A program made the position numbers and the translations under genes. A DNA stretch of 64,000 nt from an uncultured Verrucomicrobiae bacterium (GTDB taxonomy: Bacteria > Verrucomicrobiota > Verrucomicrobiia > Limisphaerales > JAFGQR01). Of this stretch, positions 30,259-41,766 are shown in pieces. Within the stretch, counting starts at the first letter, position 1, and the number at the start of each line of letters is the position of its first letter. The stretch is from assembly GCA_963788655.1 (NCBI GenBank), contig CAWBHS010000022.1, positions 1 to 64,000 of the forward strand, in the 5' to 3' direction. The notes under the pieces were generated by a model that was given only the letters and a program-made list of their open reading frames with translations, was not told the origin of the DNA and did no database searches.

Positions 30259-30888
30259 TTAGCCTTTGGCCGCTTCGTACAGCTTGGCCACCTCGTCCCA
30301 TTTGACGACGTTCCACCAAGCCTTCAGGTATTCGGGGCGTCGGTTTTGATACTTCAAGTAATAGGCGTGTTCCCAAACATCCACACCCAGGATGGGCTTG
30401 CCCTCGCAGCCCGCCACGGCTTTGCCCATGAGCGGATTGTCCTGATTCGCGGTGGAGACAACTTCGAGTTTGCCGCCGTTGACCACCAGCCAAGCCCAAC
30501 CACTGCCGAACCGGCCGGCGCCGGCGGCTTCAAACTTCGCCTTGAAATCATCAAAGCTTCCGAAGGCCGCCTTGAGCTCATCGGCCAGCTTCCCGGAGGG
30601 TGCGCCTCCGGCCTGGGCCCCCATGAGTTTCCAAAACGTCGAGTGATTGGCGTGACCGCCTCCATTGTTGCGCACTGCGCCCCGGATATCGGCGGGCACC
30701 GCCTCGAGGTTGCCGATGATTTGCTCGATGGTCTTGCTCTGCAAATCGGCCTTGCCTTCGAGCGCGCCGTTCAGTTTGGTCACATAACCGCCATGATGCT
30801 TGTCATGATGGATCTCCATGGTCGCGGCATCAATGTGCGGCTCCAATGCTTCTTTGGGATACGGTAAAGGTGGTAATTCAAATGCCAT
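30259..30888 (-). CDS. sodA: Fe/Mn superoxide dismutase (Mn-type signature)
   Basis: [42 protein letters not shown]. Confidence 0.95.
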   Translation of the reverse strand: MAFELPPLPYPKEALEPHIDAATMEIHHDKHHGGYVTKLNGALEGKADLQSKTIEQIIGNLEAVPADIRGAVRNNGGGHANHSTFWKLMGAQAGGAPSGKLADELKAAFGSFDDFKAKFEAAGAGRFGSGWAWLVVNGGKLEVVSTANQDNPLMGKAVAGCEGKPILGVDVWEHAYYLKYQNRRPEYLKAWWNVVKWDEVAKLYEAAKG

Positions 30889-31105
30889 AATTCGTTCTCT
30901 CTTTTGCTGTCGGTTTACTGCTGCCTATCTTTTAATGCTTAAGTTAAGCTGCGGCAATGTAACCAATGCCCTCCATCGATGCAAGCGGGGAACCGGTATG
31001 TTTGCCAGCCGGAAGCAATTTGCCCGGCGGCACCAACGGAGTGGCGACCGCCTTGCCGAGCGAAGGAGACACTGAGGCACCCTATTTCTCGCGCCGGAGT
31101 TGACT

Positions 31106-34000
31106 TCAGTTTCTCTCCGAAAGCACCTGGTGGATGGTGACCAGGAGTTTTTCCGCCGTGTACGGCTTCATCAGGAAGGTGAGGTTTTGGATGCCAGTCG
31201 AATCCTGCACGCGGTCCTTGTCCATCAGACCGCTGGCGGCGATGATTTGGATCTCGGGATCGAGCTTGCGCAACGCGCGAATGGTGGCGGGACCGTCCAT
31301 GTACGGCATCAGCATGTCGGTCAGCACGCCCTTAATCTCCTGCCGGTGGGACGTGTAGGCCGCAATGGCCTCGGTGCCATCCCGGGCGGTTAGGACGCGG
31401 TAACCATAGTTCTCAAGGGTTTCCTTGGTCATGGTCAACACGGCGGATTCGTCGTCCACGGCCAGGATCAATTCGCCGTTGCCCGTTGGCAGCGCTTGCG
31501 GCCCCGCGTCCTGCGCCTGCTGTTGCGCGTTTTGGACCGCGGGCAGGTACATCAAAAAGGTGGTGCCCTTGTTGACCTCGGTTTGCACTTGGAGAAATCC
31601 GGCGTGGCCTTTGATGATACCCAGCACGGTTGCCAGTCCCAAGCCAGTTCCCTTGCCCACTTCCTTGGTCGTAAAGAAGGGTTCGAAAATCTTGTCCAGC
31701 ACCTCGCGCGGAATGCCGGTGCCGGTATCGCTAACTTTGATGAGGACGTAACTGCCAGGCTTGGCCACGTCGTTACTGACGATGTCTTCCCGGGGCACGG
31801 TGTCGGCCTCGAACGTGACATTTTCCGCCGCCAACGAGAGGATGCCGCCGGTCGGCATGGCGTCGCGGGCGTTTACGGTGAGGTTGACCATCACTTGGTG
31901 CAACTGGGTCGCATCGCCCATGATGGGCCACAGGTTTTCCGCCAGATTGGCGCGCAGTTGAATCGTTTTGGGGAAAGTCTCCCCTACCATTTTGGCGACT
32001 TCCTTGAGCAGGTGGCGGGTCTGCAAGAGCATTCGTTCCCCGTCCACACCCCGGGCGAATGTCAGCACTTGTTTCACCATGCCCGCGCCGCGCGCCGCGC
32101 TGGATTCGAGGATGGCCAACATGCGGCGGCTTTGGGGATCCTTGAATTTTTCTTTCAGGATTTCCACCGACATCATGATCGGCGCCAGGACGTTGTTCAA
32201 ATCATGGGCGATACCGCCGGCCAGCGTGCCAATGCTCTCCATCCGCTGCGTGCGCAGCAATTGGGATTCGATGGTCTTCTTCTCGTTGATATTCGTGTTG
32301 ACGATCAGGATGGATTTGGGCTGCCCGGCATCGTCGTGGACCAGGGTCCACCGACTTTCGACGATGACGGGCTCGTCGCCGCGCGTCACTTGGCGGCATT
32401 CCCCCTGCCATTCGCCTTTGACCATCATGGCGGAGTGGGCTTGCTGGTAGGTAGCGGTATCGCGGTAAATTAACGAATCAATCGAGCGGCCCAGGACTTC
32501 CCTGGCGGGCCAGCCATAGAGGCGTTCGGCGCTCTTGTTCCAATAAACGCAGTGCTCGCCCAAATCGAGCACCATGATGGCATCCTGCGCCTTGTCGAGC
32601 AGTGCGGCTTGTTCGTTGAGTTTTTCCTCGCCGGCTTTGCGCACAATCCCTTGGGCAATGGAATCGGCCACCGACCCCAGCAACTCCAGGGTGTCCGGGG
32701 GCAGAGGGTTCTGGGAGAACATCGCCATCACGCCGATCAGCCGGTTCTGCACGAAGAGCGGGAACCCGGCGAACCCGACCATCTTTTGCTGCTGCACCCA
32801 TTCACGATCCGTGATGTTCGAGTCGTTGAGCAGGTCATTGCAAAGCATGGGCACGCGTTCCTTGGCGACCAGGCCGACTTTATAAGTGCCCATTTGAATC
32901 CGGCTGTGCTGGCCGTTGAGGTGGGTGTACAGACCGGCGCTGGCCTGGAGTTCGAGCATGTTGCCATCCACGTTGAGCGTCCAGATCCGGGCGAACGCGC
33001 CGTCGAGATGCTTGACAATGGATTGGGCGCACCGATTGAGAGTGTTGGCCAGGGTGTCCGTCGCCGCCAGGGCGAAGCCGATGTCGGCCCGCAATGCAGA
33101 CTGGCGCGCCTGGCGGGAGCGCATCGATTCCGTTTGTTTGCGATCCGTGATGTCGCGAAACACCACGACGGTGCCGACCTGCCGAGTGCCTTCGAGAATG
33201 GGTTTGCTGGTATAATCGACCGGGAACGAGGTGCCATCTTTACGACGGAACAAATCATTGTCCCCGATCAAGACCGAGCCGTCCTGGTACGCTGCGGCCA
33301 TGAAGTGATCGTCCTGGCCGCCGGGCAACGTGGTGATGCGAAGTTGGTATATCAGGGCGCTGGCGGACTTGCCCACCAATTCAATGGGATTCCAGCCGGT
33401 GAGCCGCCCGCCCGCGGGATTGACGAAGGAAATCTTGCCGTGCAGGTCCAGGCCAAAGATGCCTTCGCCGGCCGCGCTGAGCAGCAATTCGTTCCGGCGG
33501 TTCAGGCGGGTCAATTCTTCTTCCGTGCGTTTGAAGACGGTGATGTCCGTGCCCACCAGGACATAATTGACCAAGTGATTCCGTTCGTTGAACACCGGGG
33601 TAAAGCTGACGGACAGCCAGTACCGCTGGCCCTGGCGATGGGTACATAGCATTTCGAGCGAGAAATGCGCGCGCCCCATGAAACCTTCCTTGATTTTCTG
33701 GGTGGTGCGCGATCCGTGACCGGAGCCGATCAGGGTGGCGGCGGGCGGTTTGCCAAGGATGTCTTCCAACGCATAACCGCTCAGCCGCGTAAAGCCGGGA
33801 TTGACCCACTCGATCAAACCATCCCGGTTGGTGATCATCACGGCATTATCCGTTTTGTCCGCCACCAGGGACAATTTGGCCAGGTCGGCATTTTTGCGGG
33901 TGCTGGAACTAAAAGCGCGCACACCCAGCCAGGCCAGCCCGACCAGCATCATGCCCGCCACCAGCGCCCCGCCGGCGATCAAAATTGTCAGCTTATCCAT
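31106..34000 (-). CDS. Membrane-anchored hybrid histidine kinase (PAS-PAS-GAF-PAS-HisKA-HATPase-REC)
   Basis: GTLAGGIAHDLNNVL, QVMVNLTVNARDAM, DTGTGI, FEPFFTTK.VGKGTGLGL, receiver VDDE...TDMLMP.MDG...KPY. Confidence 0.95.
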   Translation of the reverse strand: MDKLTILIAGGALVAGMMLVGLAWLGVRAFSSSTRKNADLAKLSLVADKTDNAVMITNRDGLIEWVNPGFTRLSGYALEDILGKPPAATLIGSGHGSRTTQKIKEGFMGRAHFSLEMLCTHRQGQRYWLSVSFTPVFNERNHLVNYVLVGTDITVFKRTEEELTRLNRRNELLLSAAGEGIFGLDLHGKISFVNPAGGRLTGWNPIELVGKSASALIYQLRITTLPGGQDDHFMAAAYQDGSVLIGDNDLFRRKDGTSFPVDYTSKPILEGTRQVGTVVVFRDITDRKQTESMRSRQARQSALRADIGFALAATDTLANTLNRCAQSIVKHLDGAFARIWTLNVDGNMLELQASAGLYTHLNGQHSRIQMGTYKVGLVAKERVPMLCNDLLNDSNITDREWVQQQKMVGFAGFPLFVQNRLIGVMAMFSQNPLPPDTLELLGSVADSIAQGIVRKAGEEKLNEQAALLDKAQDAIMVLDLGEHCVYWNKSAERLYGWPAREVLGRSIDSLIYRDTATYQQAHSAMMVKGEWQGECRQVTRGDEPVIVESRWTLVHDDAGQPKSILIVNTNINEKKTIESQLLRTQRMESIGTLAGGIAHDLNNVLAPIMMSVEILKEKFKDPQSRRMLAILESSAARGAGMVKQVLTFARGVDGERMLLQTRHLLKEVAKMVGETFPKTIQLRANLAENLWPIMGDATQLHQVMVNLTVNARDAMPTGGILSLAAENVTFEADTVPREDIVSNDVAKPGSYVLIKVSDTGTGIPREVLDKIFEPFFTTKEVGKGTGLGLATVLGIIKGHAGFLQVQTEVNKGTTFLMYLPAVQNAQQQAQDAGPQALPTGNGELILAVDDESAVLTMTKETLENYGYRVLTARDGTEAIAAYTSHRQEIKGVLTDMLMPYMDGPATIRALRKLDPEIQIIAASGLMDKDRVQDSTGIQNLTFLMKPYTAEKLLVTIHQVLSERN

Positions 34001-34042
34001 GGTTCAACCATAGTCCGTTCGCAGCAATACCAGCTTGGGTGT

Positions 34043-34058
34043 AGCAACAAACCTGCCG
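34043..34058 (-). promoter_or_regulatory. Putative sigma-54 (-24/-12) promoter for the hybrid kinase
   Basis: CGGCAGGTTTGTTGCT (GG-N10-GC) about 45 nt upstream of ATG 34000. Confidence 0.45.
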
Positions 34059-34591
34059 GAGCGGATCCGGAAAGAAAGTCACGCTGGGGCGCTATTTCGC
34101 GCCTCCGCCGATCGCACCTGCCCAATGAAGATTCACAACCACGATTCAACGCCTTCACCCCAATTGCATTGCCCACTTAGTAAGTCGGAAGGATGGCCAA
34201 GGTCTTGAGGCACGAGGCTGAGTGACAGCGGCCGGTTGCGGAATTGGGGTGAATCGCGAACTCTGACGCTTAATCTCTTATCAGGCCAGGCGCGGCAAGG
34301 CGGAGATGCTGCACCGCCCTGACCGCCGTACCGGACATATTTGCCGCCGCGAATACGCTTGGCGGAACCCCTAATTCCAAGCTCATAAGTCCATGGTGAT
34401 GGAAGCCTTCATGACAATCAGCAGGGCCCGGTGGATGCCCCGGCTTTCTTCTGCCAAAATCGATCCAGCGAACGGGAGCCAGCCGATTGGCTCAGAGACA
34501 AATCGAACCTCATCGGCAGCGAGCACCCGGCATCATGACACCCATGCCTACCGCGGGATGCAGCGCACCGGTTTTCGGTTGGCCCATCGTC

Positions 34592-34963
34592 TCAACGCTT
34601 CGATTCCAACACCACTTCCTTGCCTTCCGGGGCCATCACGAATTCAATCCGCGCCGCTTCCTTGGACGGCAGCGCCACCAATTCCAACGCCCAAATCAGC
34701 GAGATCAGCCGGCCCGAAAAACTGTACGGCGCCGCGGGCAATTGAAAACGAAACGGACGCGCTTCCGCGGTCTGCGGATTTTCCAGACGCTGCGTTGCCA
34801 CGACTTCGGTGTCCTCGGTACCTTTGCCGCGCGTAAACCAAAACAAGCGGATTTCAAGGGCCGCGGGCGGTTGCGGAAATTCCCATCCCGCCGCGCCGAC
34901 AATTTCTTCGCCGGGCTGGAACTGGGTGCGCTCTTCGCGTAAGGCAATTTTCAACTCGCTCAT
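34592..34963 (-). CDS. Hypothetical protein (arrestin-N-like beta fold), coupled to the DUF3592 gene
   Basis: EIRLFWFTRGKGTED, PYSFSGRLISLIWALE. Start overlaps the upstream stop. Confidence 0.65.
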   Translation of the reverse strand: MSELKIALREERTQFQPGEEIVGAAGWEFPQPPAALEIRLFWFTRGKGTEDTEVVATQRLENPQTAEARPFRFQLPAAPYSFSGRLISLIWALELVALPSKEAARIEFVMAPEGKEVVLESKR

Positions 34964-36744
34964 GTGGACATGCTCATCTGAGGTTGGTTCTTCACCGGTG
35001 GACGCGGCAGAATCGTGACGGGAAATTCCTCCTTGATGTCCGGCCACCGCGGGATGTCGCCGTGTACGCGCAGCTTCCAGAGGATCTTGTTGTGAGTGCT
35101 CTCGAAAGAGTGCATGAGCTCGGGCGGCACGGTCACCCGCGCTTGTCCGGCATTCAAGGATACCCGATCGGTCGTGTTGGCCACTTCCACCGTGGCAAAC
35201 ACTGACTTGTCCGTCACCGTTTTGGTTCCGCGCCGATACTTGGCTTCTTCACTCCCTTCGAGATGGATGCGCAGCCGTTGCAACACGCTGGTGCGCCCCC
35301 GCAATTCCCAGCGGACCTCGAATGAATTGCCCAGTCGAACCGCGCCCGGAGTCACCACTAATCGCGGTCGGGGATTGAACAAGCCCAGGAACGCGTACCC
35401 CACGAAACCGATCATGCCCAACCCAATCAGGACAAACGGAACCATGAAAATGGTCAGCATCCAGTCGGGGCGGTGCCGGACCCAGCCTTCCACCGCTTGC
35501 CAGACGAAGACGGACACGATGCCGTTCCAAAACGCGGCCACTAAAATGCCGCCGATGAATTTGCCCAACGGACTGGCCGCTGATTTCAGTTCCTTCGGCC
35601 CATCATCCTCGGTGGTCCACGCTGAGGGTCCGGTGCTTGCCGCGGCCGCCATGGCGGCCCGATCCCGCACCCGCAATGACCGCACCCCGGCCCGCCAGGG
35701 TGGTTTCGCCTGACGCCCGCTCTTAGGAACATAGAGCAAGCCACCGGCCCCGATGAGCACGAATACCAGCGGGATGAGTCCGAGCAACATGGACGGGGTG
35801 AAATCCCGCACCAACACCGCGTTGGTCGGGTCATTTCGATCCACATAGCAAACAGTCTTCTTGCCGGGCGGATGCGCGCGCACGATTTTGGCTTTGCCCG
35901 CCCGGCCACTGGAGGAACCGCCCATGAAATTGTACCGATTGGCCCGATACTCCCGGCCGCCGATTTCATAAGCGTAAAGGATGTCCACGCTGTACGTCGT
36001 GCTCTTGTCGCCGCGGTGACTGCGCACCTGGCTGGAAACCACCGTGCATGGAAGCCGGGTCCAATTGCGGGCGGAAATAACCAACGCCACCGGGCGAATA
36101 CCCAGGAAATAGAAGACAATGAGCCCGATGACCAGGAAGGCGCCGAAAAACACCCGGCCAACGGCCTTGCCGGAAGCTCCCTTCGCCGATTCCGAAATCG
36201 CTCGTTGCGATTCGCCTGCTTCCCCGCCTGCGTCCCGGCGCTGCTTGAGCGCATAGCGGACCATAAAAACCAAGCCACCGCCGCCAATGGCCACGAACAA
36301 TAATGGGAACAAAACCGCGAACCCAAACCATAAACTGCCGCGTTGCAGGATGGCTTCCGTGGGCGCCTTGGGATTGACGTAGCACGTCGTCTTCGAGCCC
36401 GCCTCGTAGCGCAGCGCCATTTGCTGAGCGGCGCGGTAGTCTGAATATTTCTTCGAACCAGTCCCAAACTGGTGGGACGTATATTCCTCGCCGTTGTAGG
36501 GGTAGCGATATTCCACCTGAAATTGATAATCTTGGCCCGCTTTGGTGACTTCGCTGGAAACAATCTCGCCGGCGACAGGTTTCCAGGAATACGTGCCTAC
36601 GGTCTGGATGAACTCCCGCGCCATGATGATGGTCATAAAGGAGCCAACGCCCAAAAAGATCAACAACACGATGGCAAAAACCACCAGGCCGCAGCCACCG
36701 GCCGATTTGTTGCCCAAATTCAATTTGCCACCGCTCACGCTCAT
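34960..36744 (-). CDS. Membrane protein with two DUF3592-like domains
   Basis: Two repeats of TM-W....G.(I/V)VSS.V...Y.....Y.Y..(N/G)G.EY.....CYV.P..PT.A.L.R-TM. Confidence 0.8.
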   Translation of the reverse strand: MSVSGGKLNLGNKSAGGCGLVVFAIVLLIFLGVGSFMTIIMAREFIQTVGTYSWKPVAGEIVSSEVTKAGQDYQFQVEYRYPYNGEEYTSHQFGTGSKKYSDYRAAQQMALRYEAGSKTTCYVNPKAPTEAILQRGSLWFGFAVLFPLLFVAIGGGGLVFMVRYALKQRRDAGGEAGESQRAISESAKGASGKAVGRVFFGAFLVIGLIVFYFLGIRPVALVISARNWTRLPCTVVSSQVRSHRGDKSTTYSVDILYAYEIGGREYRANRYNFMGGSSSGRAGKAKIVRAHPPGKKTVCYVDRNDPTNAVLVRDFTPSMLLGLIPLVFVLIGAGGLLYVPKSGRQAKPPWRAGVRSLRVRDRAAMAAAASTGPSAWTTEDDGPKELKSAASPLGKFIGGILVAAFWNGIVSVFVWQAVEGWVRHRPDWMLTIFMVPFVLIGLGMIGFVGYAFLGLFNPRPRLVVTPGAVRLGNSFEVRWELRGRTSVLQRLRIHLEGSEEAKYRRGTKTVTDKSVFATVEVANTTDRVSLNAGQARVTVPPELMHSFESTHNKILWKLRVHGDIPRWPDIKEEFPVTILPRPPVKNQPQMSMST

Positions 36745-36879
36745 CAAGGACCAGTTATGGCAAAAAGCCGGGTTGTTTGCCAAGCCTGCGATGCATGACC
36801 GCGACCGGCCGCCGGGGTCCGTCATTTAAACATGCGAGCGTGACCGTGGATCCCTGCGCCCCGCGGCTGCCGTCTGATC

Positions 36880-37131
36880 TCAGGGTTTGGTTGGTTCTTC
36901 CGGTGGTGGCATTTCTGCTGGGCGCGATTTTTTCTTCTTCCGAACGGTCACCAGCGTAACCAAAACGCCCACCAGGAAACCGACCACGGCCGTGACGAAC
37001 AGCAGAAAAGCATACGGCATGGCCAACGTCCAAAAGAGTAACTGCGTCTGGACCGGTTCGGTGTTCTGAGCCACCAGGATCGTGACCAGCACGATGAGGA
37101 TCAACGCGGCAATGAGTTTCGTCTTTTTCAT
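36880..37131 (-). CDS. LapA/DUF1049-family small membrane protein
   Basis: TM-AQNTEPVQTQLLFW-TM pattern. Confidence 0.75.
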   Translation of the reverse strand: MKKTKLIAALILIVLVTILVAQNTEPVQTQLLFWTLAMPYAFLLFVTAVVGFLVGVLVTLVTVRKKKKSRPAEMPPPEEPTKP

Positions 37132-37248
37132 AAGTCAGCCAATTGGCAACACCCTATTGTTGCTTCCGCCCCCGACAGAAAAGATATTTTTTTAATCAGC
37201 ACGGATACTGTACGGCGCTGGCCCGATCAAGAGGCAAACGAGCGTGTG

Positions 37249-37379
37249 CAGCAATTCATTATGGAACAGATGGGGACGCCGCGTGAGGGCACCCGGCCTA
37301 CCAGCGGACGTTTTTGCGGTGTTGTAGGCCGGGTGCCCTCACCCGGCGGGGATTGACCGGCCATAATGAAAAATTGCTG
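37249..37379. repeat. GTAG-type REP doublet (REPIN-like) nested in an outer inverted repeat
   Basis: GTAGGCCGGGTGCCCTCACCCGGCG (37324-37348) and inverted copy at 37277-37301 (24/25 identical). Outer arms CAGCAATTCATTATGG / CCATAATGAAAAATTGCTG. Confidence 0.8.
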
Positions 37380-37583
37380 GAGCGGGGGCGGACCGGCGGA
37401 CCGGACCGAATTCAAAACCGAAAGCCGAAGGATGTCTGAATCCCGAGCCCCGATGGACGGCCGGACGCTGAGTTGGGTTTGGCGATGGTCAATCCGGCAC
37501 TGCTTCCGGGTATCGGGATCTGGATTTCGACCCTCAGTTCTTTATGGGGTTGACCGCGGACGACACGGTTCTAAGGTAACGGC

Positions 37584-37952
37584 ATGCAACATTCGCCCGG
37601 ATTCTTAAAATGCGTGAACGAAGCGCGGAAGAACGTCAAAGAGATCACCCTCGATCAAGCCCGTGCCCGTCTCAAAGACCAGCCGCAGACCGTGTTGCTT
37701 GATGTGCGGGAAGACGCCGAATGGGCGCAAGGCCACGCCATCGAAGCCGCCCATTTGGGCAAGGGGATTCTGGAGCGCGACCTCGAGCGGCTCTACCCCG
37801 ATCCAAACACGGAGCTCATCATGTATTGTGGCGGCGGCTATCGCTCGGCGCTGACCGCCGATGCCGCGCAACGCATGGGGTATCGCAACGTATATTCGTT
37901 GATCGGTGGCTATCGCGGCATGATCGAAGCCGGTTGGCCGATGACGAAGTAG
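37584..37952 (+). CDS. Rhodanese-like sulfurtransferase
   Basis: LLDVREDAEW..GH, MYCGGGYRSAL, YSLIGGY. Confidence 0.92.
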   Translation: MQHSPGFLKCVNEARKNVKEITLDQARARLKDQPQTVLLDVREDAEWAQGHAIEAAHLGKGILERDLERLYPDPNTELIMYCGGGYRSALTADAAQRMGYRNVYSLIGGYRGMIEAGWPMTK

Positions 37953-38326
37953 GATGGGGAGGAGGATGCTGGATACGGGATGCCAGATGCCCACAGATGC
38001 CGATGCCGATTTCGTTCTGATCTCGGCCTTTGGTCTTCGGACATCTCCATTCTACGTGCGCTTGCGCCCTGGGAACACCCTGTAGTCTATCAGGTAATAG
38101 ATTGCGAGCATAAGCCATTACGCCAAATTAATCGGGGATCGATGCCTCGGACGAGGGGCTTCCGCGGGTCGCATTGACGAGGGTTATCGAACGTCTCCCC
38201 GCGCGAAAAAACTTTGCTGGAAGGCGGATAAAGTCAACCCATAGGTTTGACACGGCCGTGGGCCGCCAAGATTTGCTTCAATGTCTATTACTCAAAAACT
38301 TAACACCGGCAATCAATGAACTGAGT

Positions 38327-39220
38327 ATGCGTATATCAATCCAAGAAGTTGCCAGGGCAATGAAATCGAACCGAGTTCCGAAGACGATCACTCAAGAGCC
38401 ATTTGATTACGAACCGGGACATTACAAGCGGCTGTGCAATCTCCACGACAGGCAGCCTTCTGGCTGTGATTTGGCCAATTATGCCTTGGACATGAAATAT
38501 ATGGAACTTCAGCCCGATTTGCTTCGGCATTTGACCCCAGTATTGCTTGAGGCTTGGAGGAGAGACTTGTTCGAAGGAGACGTTGCTGGCTACGGAGGAT
38601 TCGTGGAGGAATTCTGGCCCGCTCTTCTGAAAGGAGCAGCGCTTCAAACCATCTATACTGACGCCGAGCGTGCTGCGTTCATCGGTTTTCTCAGGGAAAC
38701 CATCCTCGAACGACTTGATGCCGAGCATTCACTCCGGTTTTCAGGGATGGGGGCATCGCCTTATCGTTGGATTGAGACACTTGTCTGCTACGGTGTTCTT
38801 TTTTCTGACATTGAAGTCTTATGGACTGAGTGGTGGCAGGTGAAGACGCATGGGCATGCCGTCGCGGCGTTCCAATACGCTTCGGCGCTCTTGTATGAAA
38901 GCGACAAGAATCCCGTCTTTGACGCGTGGACGCGCGACAACGGTGGCGGACCTCCAGCATTGTGGGACTGTGGATGCCAGATGTTCGATGTTAGCTGGAG
39001 AGAGGAGAATCTCAGTTTTTTGAGGCGCACCCTAAGCGTCGATTACGTCGAGCGAAATCTTCGAGTTGCCTCAGACCAAATTCAAATCGGGCCAGCGAAG
39101 GAGGTTGCTTCACGCATTCTACAAGAGTTGCCAAACCAGCGGACGCTTCTTGCACTACGAATCGAGGAACTTCCGAAATTGTTGACGGACGTGTCACAGG
39201 TCGAAGGTTTCACAATTTGA
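38327..39220 (+). CDS. Hypothetical protein, lower GC than neighbours
   Basis: Open frame of about 297 aa with no recognised motif. Stop 1 nt before the Pnkp fragment. Confidence 0.65.
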   Translation: MRISIQEVARAMKSNRVPKTITQEPFDYEPGHYKRLCNLHDRQPSGCDLANYALDMKYMELQPDLLRHLTPVLLEAWRRDLFEGDVAGYGGFVEEFWPALLKGAALQTIYTDAERAAFIGFLRETILERLDAEHSLRFSGMGASPYRWIETLVCYGVLFSDIEVLWTEWWQVKTHGHAVAAFQYASALLYESDKNPVFDAWTRDNGGGPPALWDCGCQMFDVSWREENLSFLRRTLSVDYVERNLRVASDQIQIGPAKEVASRILQELPNQRTLLALRIEELPKLLTDVSQVEGFTI

Positions 39221-39221
39221 C

Positions 39222-39383
39222 GTGGAACTCACCATCCCCGAACTTTCCTTCGTCGTACTGATCGGCGGGTCCGGTTCGGGCAAGAGCACGTTTGTGCGGA
39301 AGCATTTCAAGCCGACAGAGATTCTGTCATCCGACTATTGTCGCGGATTGGTGTCGGACGATGAGAACAGCCAGGCGGCGACC
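39222..39383 (+). pseudogene. pnkp: N-terminal fragment of bacterial polynucleotide kinase-phosphatase (Pnkp)
   Basis: MELTIPELSFVVLIGGSGSGKSTFVRKHFKPTEILSSDYCRGLVSDDENSQAAT closely matches the Pnkp kinase N-terminus. Homology stops after about 54 codons. Confidence 0.8.
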
Positions 39384-39441
39384 ATGGCGCGCGACAGATT
39401 TCCAGCCCGATTGCACGTGCTCCCGGCGCAAGATTTGCGGT

Positions 39442-41469
<2,028 letters not shown>

Positions 41470-41583
41470 TGGTAAATTGTCCTGGAGGTTTGAGCAAACA
41501 AAATCCAACCGCCTGCGCACGGCCTCGTTCCCGCCCCGAAAACGCACTTGCCGAGGGTGCGTATGCGGTTAAGCTCTTCGTAG

Positions 41584-41659
41584 GGCCCCATAGCTCAAAT
41601 GGATAGAGCCCGCGTTTCCTAAACGCGTTATTCCAGTTCAATTCTGGATGGGGCTACCA
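41584..41659 (+). tRNA. tRNA-Arg (anticodon CCT)
   Basis: GGCCCCATAGCTCAAATGGATAGAGCCCGCGTTTCCTAAACGCGTTATTCCAGTTCAATTCTGGATGGGGCTACCA. Promoter TTGCCG-16-TAAGCT upstream. Confidence 0.93.
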
Positions 41660-41766
41660 GTTTGGCTCCCCGGGCTTTGCCGCCCCGCCCGGTTGATTCG
41701 GTTGATTTCCGGCAATGGTCATCGCCACCCACCATCGCCCATAGCAGCCATCAGCTTCCCCCAGGA

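Noticed and set aside
27134..33649. Long antisense ORFs (e.g. 27134-28402, 31496-32473, 32552-33649; likewise 12497-13381, 42391-43359, 59011-60096)
   Set aside because: Shadow frames of high-GC genes on the opposite strand with no protein motifs.
41660..41766. Integrated element at tRNA-Arg(CCT)
   Set aside because: No integrase or duplicated tRNA 3' end, and flanking genes have host-like composition.
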